Shown one piece after another: positions 56,973 to 64,000 of a DNA stretch of 64,000 bases. The notes below the pieces were generated by a model. It was given only the letters and a program-made list of their open reading frames with translations, was not told the origin of the DNA and searched no databases. The position numbers and the translations under genes were made by a program. Source of the stretch: Candidatus Latescibacterota bacterium (lineage in GTDB: Bacteria > Latescibacterota > UBA2968 > GCA-2709665). Within the stretch, counting starts at the first letter, position 1; each line of letters begins with the position of its first letter. The stretch is taken from assembly GCA_965219995.1 (NCBI GenBank), contig CBDCOX010000002.1, forward strand, positions 64,001 through 128,000, written 5' to 3'.

Positions 56973-58025
56973 CTACAGACTTCCGGACACCGCAATCTTG
57001 ATGGCGTCCTTCCCGTCCAGGCGATAGCTGCCGGCCAGTGCGTTGAAGCCTTCGGGCACGCGGTCCAGCGGGATGGTGTGGCTGACCATATCCGTAAAGG
57101 GGAACTCGTTCCTCTCCAGGATGGGAAGCCCGCGCACGAAGTGTTCCGGGTAACTCGCCCAGACCGCTTCGAAACGCAGGTTCTTGCGCATGAACATCCG
57201 ATTGGGATTGCATTCGAAGGAACCGACGTCGACGAAATGGCCCATTTCGACGTAGGTGCCGTCCTGCCGGAGATAATCCAGACCCTCAGGGATGGCTTGC
57301 AGAAAGCCCGTGCACTCGAAGACGACGTCGGCGCCGGCCCCCTTCGGCGTGGCGTCCCGAACCAATCGCTTGCGTTCTTCCGGGTCCGGGACGTCGGCGA
57401 TGTCGACCGTGACGTCCGCGCCGATTTCCCGTGCGAGCGCCAGGCGTCCCGGGGGGCCGCCGACCATGATCAGCCGGCCGGCGCCGCTGACCTTCGCGCA
57501 GATGAGGGTGACAAGGCCGATGGCGCCGGAACCCTGAACGACGACGGTGTCTCCGAATTGGATCCGTGCCCGCATAACGCCGTGTACGCCGATCGTGAAG
57601 GGCTCGAGCAGAACGGCGACCTCGGCCGGCAGATCGGTCTTGAAGAAAACGGTCTCCGGATTCCAGAGATAGATGTATTCGGCAAAGCCGCCGCGCAGAT
57701 AGGGCTGCTCTCCGGCAGGGATAAATCCGTAAGCGCCTTGAGACGTGCCCGGCACCAGCGCGATTCGGTCGCCCGGTCTGACGGGGCGTCCCAGGTGGTC
57801 GTGGGTCACGCCGTCGCCAAGCGTGTCGACGATCCCCACGTTCTCGTGCCCCAGAATAATCTCGTCGTCCAATCTCTGGTATTCCCAGTTGTGCAGGTCG
57901 GTGCCGCAGATGCCGGCGAGTTCCTGTCTCAACAGGACCGTTCCGGGCGCCGGTTCCGGTACGGGGTACTCCCGGACTTCAAATCGTTCGCCGACCACGA
58001 CCGAGGCGCGTCCGGTTCGGGACAT
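56973..58025 (-). CDS. Zinc-binding alcohol dehydrogenase (MDR family)
   Basis: GICGTDLH, LGHENVG, GGFAEY, VQGSGAIGL, DVVFECTG; the structural-Zn cysteine loop is absent. Confidence 0.9.
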   Translation of the reverse strand: MSRTGRASVVVGERFEVREYPVPEPAPGTVLLRQELAGICGTDLHNWEYQRLDDEIILGHENVGIVDTLGDGVTHDHLGRPVRPGDRIALVPGTSQGAYGFIPAGEQPYLRGGFAEYIYLWNPETVFFKTDLPAEVAVLLEPFTIGVHGVMRARIQFGDTVVVQGSGAIGLVTLICAKVSGAGRLIMVGGPPGRLALAREIGADVTVDIADVPDPEERKRLVRDATPKGAGADVVFECTGFLQAIPEGLDYLRQDGTYVEMGHFVDVGSFECNPNRMFMRKNLRFEAVWASYPEHFVRGLPILERNEFPFTDMVSHTIPLDRVPEGFNALAGSYRLDGKDAIKIAVSGSL

Positions 58026-58057
58026 ATGACACCTCCTCCGGATTTCAGTTGAACGTG

Positions 58058-58858
58058 TCAGGACTGCGCGTAGAAACGGATGTTCGGGACGTTGTCAATA
58101 CTGCCCATTTCGTAGGCGTATCTGCAAAAGAGATCCAGACCCTCCTGTTCGGCCCGGCCGAAGTCATAATGGATCCTGTTGCCCAGGTAGTCCTCGTAGA
58201 ACCTGGCCGAACCGGGACGTGGCGACACATGGTTCGCTGCGATACGGGGAATTTCCCGCACACCCAGCGCTTTGGCCCGGATCAGTTGCCGGGTCTGATC
58301 CGGACGCAGTGCGCCCGACCGTCCCGTCCAGCAGGCGTAGACAAACGGAAGCCCCGTAAGCCGGGTCCAGGCTTCACCGAGATCCAGCACGCGGTAAGGC
58401 GTGGTATCGAGAGCCAGCGCCGCGTCTCCGATGATGACGGCGGCATCGGCATGATCGAGCATGCGCACTGCGTCGGGGGGATGGTGGAAGGCCCTGGGTT
58501 CGCATCGGAATTGTCTTTTCAGAACAATACGGCTGAGGACGGTGGATGTCCGGGAATTGACGTCGAGCGCCAGCGTTCGGATGTCGGCAGGGTCTCTCCG
58601 GTGCAGAAGCAGTACGCTTCGCACACGGCCCCGGGAAGAGATACTCACTTCGGGGACGACGCTGTATGGGTCCGGGCCGCGTGCGATTTCGATGGAGGGG
58701 ATAAGCGCGACGTCGGTTTCGCGGCCGTGAAGACGTTCCGCACAGCGGGATGGCACGTCGTAAACGAAATCGAAGCGGTGTTCGATGCGGCCGGATTCCA
58801 GGGCGTGCACCAGCGGATGGGTGTTCAGAAAAGAGACGACACCGAGGCGGGTTGTCAT
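58058..58858 (-). CDS. mqnA: Chorismate dehydratase (futalosine pathway)
   Basis: RLGVVSFLNTHPL, VRSVLL, SRTSTVL, IIGDAAL, DLGEAWTRLTGLPFVYACW. Confidence 0.9.
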   Translation of the reverse strand: MTTRLGVVSFLNTHPLVHALESGRIEHRFDFVYDVPSRCAERLHGRETDVALIPSIEIARGPDPYSVVPEVSISSRGRVRSVLLLHRRDPADIRTLALDVNSRTSTVLSRIVLKRQFRCEPRAFHHPPDAVRMLDHADAAVIIGDAALALDTTPYRVLDLGEAWTRLTGLPFVYACWTGRSGALRPDQTRQLIRAKALGVREIPRIAANHVSPRPGSARFYEDYLGNRIHYDFGRAEQEGLDLFCRYAYEMGSIDNVPNIRFYAQS

Positions 58859-58869
58859 TCGCGCAGCTT

Positions 58870-59985
58870 TCAGTTCACCATTTCGTACCGGGTGTTTCGT
58901 CTCGCCGGCCGGTAGCCGGCGTCCCGGATGAGGCGCAGCATGGTGCCAGGACTCATGTCGTCGGTGTGGCTTGTACCCGCGGCGGAGACGACGTTCTCCT
59001 CCATCATGGTGCTCCCGAAGTCGTTGACGCCGTATTTCAGCCCGACCTGGGCGATCTTGGGGCCCTGCGTCACCCACGAGGCCTGGAAACTCGGGATGTT
59101 GTCCAGGAACAGCCGGGAGACCGCAATCGTGCGGAGGTAGTCGTAGCCGGTGGCCTTCTTCCCGTTCCAGCGGACTTTGTCCGCGGCCAGATCGGTGTCG
59201 TCCGGCTGAAAGTTCCACGCAATGAAAGCGGTCATGCCGCCCGTGTCGTCCTGGAGGTCCCGGATGTGTTTCAGATGTTCGAGGCGCTGCTCGACGGATT
59301 CGACGTGGCCGTACATCATTGTGGCGGTGGTGTGCATGCCCAGTTCGTGCGCCGCGCGGTGTACCTCCAGCCATTCGTGCGCGCGGTCCTTGCGGAAGCC
59401 GATGACGTCGCGGACCTCGTCCGAGAGAATTTCGGCGCCGGCGCCGGGGATGGAATCCAGGCCGGCGTCCCGCAGGCGGCGAATACAGTCGGAGATGGAC
59501 ATCCGCGAGATGTGCGCCACGTAGATGATCTCCGTGGCGGACAGGCAGTGCTGGTGGACGGACGGATATCGTTCCCGGATGCCGGAGAAGAGATCTTCAT
59601 AGTAGTCGATGCGCAGTTTGGGATTCAGGCCGCCCTGCATGAGGATTTCGTTCGATTTGGGGGCCTGCCCGCCCGCGGCCACAAGTTCGTCGATTTTCCG
59701 GAAGATCTGTTCCCGAGGCAGGACGTAACCCTCGGCGGACCCCGGCGGGCGGTAGAACGCGCAGAAGTCGCAGCGCACCCAGCAGACGTTGGTGTAGTTG
59801 ATGTTCCGGCCGACGTTGTAGGTCACCACGTCTTCCGGCCACCTGCGCCTGCGTACCGTATCCGCAAGCATGCCCAGTTCCGTGACGTTGGGATGCGCCA
59901 TCAGCCGCCGGGCGTCTTCCAACGTGATGCGCTCTTCTGTGTGGATCTTCTCAGCAACATCATCGATCATCGATCGGTTCTCCAT
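58870..59985 (-). CDS. mqnC: Cyclic dehypoxanthinyl futalosine synthase (radical SAM)
   Basis: RNINYTNVCWVRCDFCAF, LMQGG, SIPGAGAEIL, QASWVTQG, NDFGSTMMEENVV. Confidence 0.92.
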   Translation of the reverse strand: MENRSMIDDVAEKIHTEERITLEDARRLMAHPNVTELGMLADTVRRRRWPEDVVTYNVGRNINYTNVCWVRCDFCAFYRPPGSAEGYVLPREQIFRKIDELVAAGGQAPKSNEILMQGGLNPKLRIDYYEDLFSGIRERYPSVHQHCLSATEIIYVAHISRMSISDCIRRLRDAGLDSIPGAGAEILSDEVRDVIGFRKDRAHEWLEVHRAAHELGMHTTATMMYGHVESVEQRLEHLKHIRDLQDDTGGMTAFIAWNFQPDDTDLAADKVRWNGKKATGYDYLRTIAVSRLFLDNIPSFQASWVTQGPKIAQVGLKYGVNDFGSTMMEENVVSAAGTSHTDDMSPGTMLRLIRDAGYRPARRNTRYEMVN

Positions 59986-60069
59986 GCCGGTTGTCCCATT
60001 ACCCCCCTGTTCGCGATGGCGATTCTCCCGAGCGGTCGCAGCGGCGAACCGACGGCCGTCGACGTGCTT

Positions 60070-61221
60070 TCAAGGCAACACGGGCAATTCGCCAGCGACG
60101 GCAACGGGTTCCTCGTCTTCGGGGATCTCACCCGGCGATTCGAGTTCGTTGTAGAGATTGTCGCGTTCGGCGGGCTTCCGCCCGGCCTCGACGATGCGTT
60201 CCACCAGTTGTTTCCGGGTGAGCGCCTGCCGGGTCTCTTCGTACGCGCGCCTCGTGATTTCGTACTCCTGGATGGTGCCGTCGATGTCGTCCGCACCGTA
60301 CCAGAGTGCGACCTGGGAGATCTCGATGGTGTTCATGATCCAGAACGTCTTGATGTGCGGAAAATTGTCCAGCATGAGTCGCGCGACGGCGATTTCACGC
60401 AGGTCGGCCTCGCCCGTGGGGGCGGGCAGGTCTTCCAGTTCGGTGCGTTCAGGGTGGAAGGAAAGCGGAATGTAGGCCAGAAAACCGCCGGTCTCGTCCT
60501 GGAGTTCCCGAAGGCTGACCAGGTGCTGAACCCTTTCGTCCGGATTCTCGATGTGGCCGTAGAGCATGGTGGCGTTGGTGGGCAGGCCCACTTCGTGAGC
60601 GGTGCGGGCAACCCGCATCCATTCGTCGGAGTCGGCCTTGGTCCAGAACATCTCCGCCTGCACCCGATCGCTGAAGACTTCGGCGCCCCCGCCGGGGATC
60701 GAAGACACGCCCACCGCCTTGAGGTCCAGCATGACGTCGCGGAGCGGTTTCTTCGCGGCTCTGGCGATCTGTACCCATTCGATCGCCGTAAATGCCTTTA
60801 CGGCGACGTCCGGGCGGACTTCCTTCACGGCGTGTACGATGTCGATATAGTAGGAATAGGGAAGTTTGGGATTAATCCCCGCCACCATGTGGATTTCGGA
60901 GATGGGAATGTGCAAATACTGTCTGACCCGTTCCTGGACGTCTTCAGGCGACAGGACGTATCCCCGGCTGTCTTTCGGCGGTACGTAGAAGGAACAGAAT
61001 CTGCAGAGCTTGTTGCAGATGTTGGTGTAGTTGATGTGCTGGTTGCGCACGTACCAGGCCACGTTGCCGCAAAGACGCTCGCGTACGAAATTGGCCATGT
61101 ACCCCACCGCGTTGAGATCCGACGTATCGTATAGCCGCATGCCGTCCCCGGCGGAGAGGCGTTCGCCCGCGATGACTTTTTCGTACACGTCGATGAGTTC
61201 GTCAGGAATCTTCGGTTTCAT
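60070..61221 (-). CDS. mqnE: Aminofutalosine synthase (radical SAM)
   Basis: HINYTNICNKLCRFCSF, EIHMVAG, VKAFTAIE, PGGGAEVF, HIKTFWIM, GADDIDGT. Confidence 0.92.
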   Translation of the reverse strand: MKPKIPDELIDVYEKVIAGERLSAGDGMRLYDTSDLNAVGYMANFVRERLCGNVAWYVRNQHINYTNICNKLCRFCSFYVPPKDSRGYVLSPEDVQERVRQYLHIPISEIHMVAGINPKLPYSYYIDIVHAVKEVRPDVAVKAFTAIEWVQIARAAKKPLRDVMLDLKAVGVSSIPGGGAEVFSDRVQAEMFWTKADSDEWMRVARTAHEVGLPTNATMLYGHIENPDERVQHLVSLRELQDETGGFLAYIPLSFHPERTELEDLPAPTGEADLREIAVARLMLDNFPHIKTFWIMNTIEISQVALWYGADDIDGTIQEYEITRRAYEETRQALTRKQLVERIVEAGRKPAERDNLYNELESPGEIPEDEEPVAVAGELPVLP

Positions 61222-61287
61222 CTTGAGATCCTCAACGTCGCGTCAATCGGCGGCAACCCGATAAGGATTGACGCCACCGGCTGTGGT

Positions 61288-62988
61288 TCAATTCTGACTC
61301 AGCATTTCCCGGGCGTGTTCCATGGTAAGGGCCGAAATCTTCTCCCCGCCCAGAAGCTTCGCAAGTTCCCGCGCGCGGTCTTCGTGGTCCAGGCGGATTA
61401 CCCGGGTGACGGTGCGTCCGTTCGATTCGGCCTTGTGCACTGCCAGATGGGTATCCGCCATTCTGGCAATTTGAGGCAGATGGGTGATGCAGATGGTCTG
61501 GCGCGCGCCCGACAGGCTCTTGAGCTTCCTGCCCACCACGTCCGCGATACGGCCGGAAATGCCGATATCGATTTCGTCGAAGATGAGGACCTGTACCGGA
61601 TCGGACCGGGAGAGCACGGATTTGAGGGCGAGCATGATCCGGGACACCTCTCCGCCGGAAGCCACTCTGACCAGCGGTCTGAGGGCTTCGCCGGGGTTCG
61701 TGGAAATGTGGAATTCCACGCGCTCGATGCCCTTCGGGCCCACGCGAAACCGCCTGTCTTCCAGGGCTACCCAACCGTCGGGCGACTCGTCCCTGATCAG
61801 CTCAACGCGGAATTCGGCCCGCGGAATCCCCAGGTCGCCGAGCGCATCCATCGTTGCGCGCGCGAGGTCTCGCGCGGCGGCTTCGCGCGCTCCGGAAAGC
61901 CGGGCGCACAGCTTTGCCAGGCCGGCACGGGCGGAGTCGATTTCTCCTTCCACCTCGGCCAGTGAACGGTCCAGACGCTCCGATTGCGCCAGTTCCTTCT
62001 CCGCGTCCTCACGATACTCGAGCACCGTTTCCAGGCTGCCGCCGTATTTCTTCTTCAGGTGCGCCAGGTCTTCCAGGCGACCGGTGACTTCCGCCAGGCG
62101 TTCCGGGTTGTGCTCGACGCTTCGTGCATAGTCCGAAAAGAAACGGGCCATTTCTTCGATGGCATAGCGCTGGGCGGTCACTTCATCGGCTTGAAGGCGG
62201 AGTGATTCGTCCATCTGCACGGCGTCTTTCAGGAGCTGTTCTGCCGCGCCCAGGCGATCCACGATGGAGTCGTCGCCCTGATAGAGCAGCGCTTCCAGGC
62301 TGACGGCGGTTTCGATCAGTCGTTCGGCGTGGGTGAGCAGCGATCGTTCCTGAAAAAGCCGCTCGTCTTCGTCCGGCTCCGGGTCTGCCGCGGCGATTTC
62401 CTCAACCTGAAATTCGAGAAGTTCCCGGCGGTCGCGCATGCGCCGGGCTTCGGCGTCGGCGTTTTCCCGCCTTGCGAGCAGATCCGCCAGACGACCGTGG
62501 GCGATACCGACCGATTCCCGGAGTTCGCCGAGGCTGCCGAACCCGTCCAGAAAGTCGATATGACGATCCGCATAGAGCAGCGACTGGTGATCGTGTTGTC
62601 CGTGAAGGTCGACCAGGGCCCGGGCCAGGTCGAGCAGTCCCCGGACGGGAACGGTCAGACCGTTGACGAAACAGCGGCTGCGACCGTTCGCGGCGACCTC
62701 CCGGCGGATGATGAGTTCACCGTGCTCGGCCTCGATGCCCATGGCGTCCAGAAGCGGCAGACAGCCGTGATCGGGCTGCAGCTGAAAAACGGCCTCGACA
62801 AGACACCGTTTCTCGCTCGTCCGGATCACGTCCGCGCTCGCCCGCGTTCCGAGAACCAGACCCAGGGCGCCGATGAGGATGGATTTGCCCGCGCCGGTTT
62901 CACCCGTAATGATGTTCAGCCCGGGTCCGAATTCAATCTCAACTCTGTCGATCAACGCGTAGTTGACGACCAGCAGGCGGCAGAGCAC
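61288..62988 (-). CDS. recN: DNA repair protein RecN
   Basis: TGETGAGKSI, DLHGQHDHQSL, NPGEALRPL..VASGGEVSRIML, FDEIDIGISG, ITHLPQIA. Confidence 0.96.
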   Translation of the reverse strand: MLCRLLVVNYALIDRVEIEFGPGLNIITGETGAGKSILIGALGLVLGTRASADVIRTSEKRCLVEAVFQLQPDHGCLPLLDAMGIEAEHGELIIRREVAANGRSRCFVNGLTVPVRGLLDLARALVDLHGQHDHQSLLYADRHIDFLDGFGSLGELRESVGIAHGRLADLLARRENADAEARRMRDRRELLEFQVEEIAAADPEPDEDERLFQERSLLTHAERLIETAVSLEALLYQGDDSIVDRLGAAEQLLKDAVQMDESLRLQADEVTAQRYAIEEMARFFSDYARSVEHNPERLAEVTGRLEDLAHLKKKYGGSLETVLEYREDAEKELAQSERLDRSLAEVEGEIDSARAGLAKLCARLSGAREAAARDLARATMDALGDLGIPRAEFRVELIRDESPDGWVALEDRRFRVGPKGIERVEFHISTNPGEALRPLVRVASGGEVSRIMLALKSVLSRSDPVQVLIFDEIDIGISGRIADVVGRKLKSLSGARQTICITHLPQIARMADTHLAVHKAESNGRTVTRVIRLDHEDRARELAKLLGGEKISALTMEHAREMLSQN

Positions 62989-62990
62989 GT

Positions 62991-63857
62991 TCAGGACTCC
63001 CGAGTATCACGCCGGTCCAGACTCCAGTCCAGTTTTCGACTGAGCATCTGATAGAAGGACAACCCCTGGAGGTTGATCAGACGGGTCGTATGGGCGGCCT
63101 GTCGGATGTGTACGCGTTCTTCAGGCTGTATAGGTGAGACGATCTTGCCGTCGGCGGTTACCATGATATCGGTGTGTTCGGCGATCACCTGGACGGTGAT
63201 CGACTGACTGTCCGGTACGACGGCGGGACGCAACGATAGCGAGTGCGCGCAGATTGGCGTGACGATGAACGCCCGCAAATCGGGATGGACGATGGGCCCT
63301 CCCGCAGAAAGGCTGTAACTGGTTGATCCCGTTGGGGTTGAAACGATAATGCCATTCCCGAAAAAGGAGCTGAACGGCGTTTCGGAAATCCAGGACTTCA
63401 CCTGGACCAGGCGGGCGAGCACGGCTTTTTCGAATGTGAACTCGTTGAGCGCGAAGAAGGTCCTGTCGCCGATTTCCGCTTCGAGGACCATGCGTTCCTC
63501 GAGCTGGTATTCACCCCGCCTCAGTCTGCCCAGACTCTCCCGCAACTCTTCTGGCGCGGCACCGGCCAGAAACCCCAGCCGCCCGAGGTTGACGCCCAGA
63601 ATGGGCTTCTGCGAAGCGCCGACCAGGTTGGCCGCACGCAGAATGGTACCGTCCCCGCCCAGGGCGACAACGATATCCGAACAACCGGCCAGGTGGGCGC
63701 CGGGCCGGTAAGAGACTCCGCTGGAGACGCAGACTTCCCTTAACGGTTCCTCCAGAATGAGCTCGATGTCCTGGTCCTGCGCGAGCCGCACAAAATTCTG
63801 GATGATGGGACCGATGCCGTCCCGTTCGGAATATGCAAGAATGCCGATGCGCTTCAT
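62991..63857 (-). CDS. nadK: NAD(+)/NADH kinase
   Basis: LGGDGTIL, GVNLGRLGFL, ALNE, STPTGSTSYSLSAGGP. Confidence 0.95.
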   Translation of the reverse strand: MKRIGILAYSERDGIGPIIQNFVRLAQDQDIELILEEPLREVCVSSGVSYRPGAHLAGCSDIVVALGGDGTILRAANLVGASQKPILGVNLGRLGFLAGAAPEELRESLGRLRRGEYQLEERMVLEAEIGDRTFFALNEFTFEKAVLARLVQVKSWISETPFSSFFGNGIIVSTPTGSTSYSLSAGGPIVHPDLRAFIVTPICAHSLSLRPAVVPDSQSITVQVIAEHTDIMVTADGKIVSPIQPEERVHIRQAAHTTRLINLQGLSFYQMLSRKLDWSLDRRDTRES

Positions 63858-63935
63858 TGGGACCGGTCTTCGTGGATAATTCGCTCTGGCTGTATCATTC
63901 AATGTAGCCTGAATTCCCGGATCTCGCAATCGGTG

Positions 63936-64000
63936 TTACGCACCCTGGTCCGGGGGTTCCCTGTCGGCATCCAGATCGGTCAGCTGAAAGTCGTTCCCGC
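63936..64000 (-). CDS. C-terminal end of an upstream gene (possibly exonuclease VII small subunit)
   Basis: Open frame ...GNDFQLTDLDADREPPDQGA* enters from the window edge; the identity is a guess from context only. Confidence 0.3.
   Translation of the reverse strand, partial: GNDFQLTDLDADREPPDQGA

Noticed and set aside
58750-61134. Long antisense ORFs (794 aa here; also 40430-42448, 43923-45686, 45559-47352, 51697-53136, 21-476)
   Set aside because: Shadow frames opposite well-supported genes in high-GC DNA, with no motifs of their own.

Overview
A high-GC bacterial chromosome segment from a diderm organism (LptE, RND pump, futalosine menaquinone genes). The gene content (DUF6785 transporter, heparinase II/III, PhyH dioxygenase, ankyrin/NHL/TPR proteins, extended ECF sigma) suggests a Latescibacterota/Gemmatimonadota/Poribacteria-like lineage, but that is inference only. 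Housekeeping and metabolic genes include radC (partial), cysK, a coxSLM-coxG-type molybdoenzyme cluster, archaeal-type pheST under a Phe T-box, tRNA-Leu(CAG), mqnACE, recN and nadK. They flank a ~19 kb accessory/defence region (12.8-31.9 kb). That region holds vapBC and hicBA modules, a UGA-recoded AhpD-like selenoprotein that the ORF track splits in two, an AT-rich islet with a proteasome-like Ntn hydrolase, an IS1595 relic, an intact IS21, a SIR2-like gene, a ubiquitin-like/E2-E1/DUF6527 operon with a divergent HTH + IrrE regulator pair, and a type I RM system with fused HsdM-HsdS. The most unusual feature is a ~30-bp repeat with 9-nt periodicity (AACATGGATGGACAGGATGGACAGGATAAAA). I found 16 copies, all within this region, mostly as inverted pairs that bracket individual co-oriented genes like cassettes, and one copy lies in-frame inside the RM gene. 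Three other MITE-like repeat families occur, one forming exact 100-bp tandem arrays. All calls come from reading the sequence and motifs; no database searches were run.
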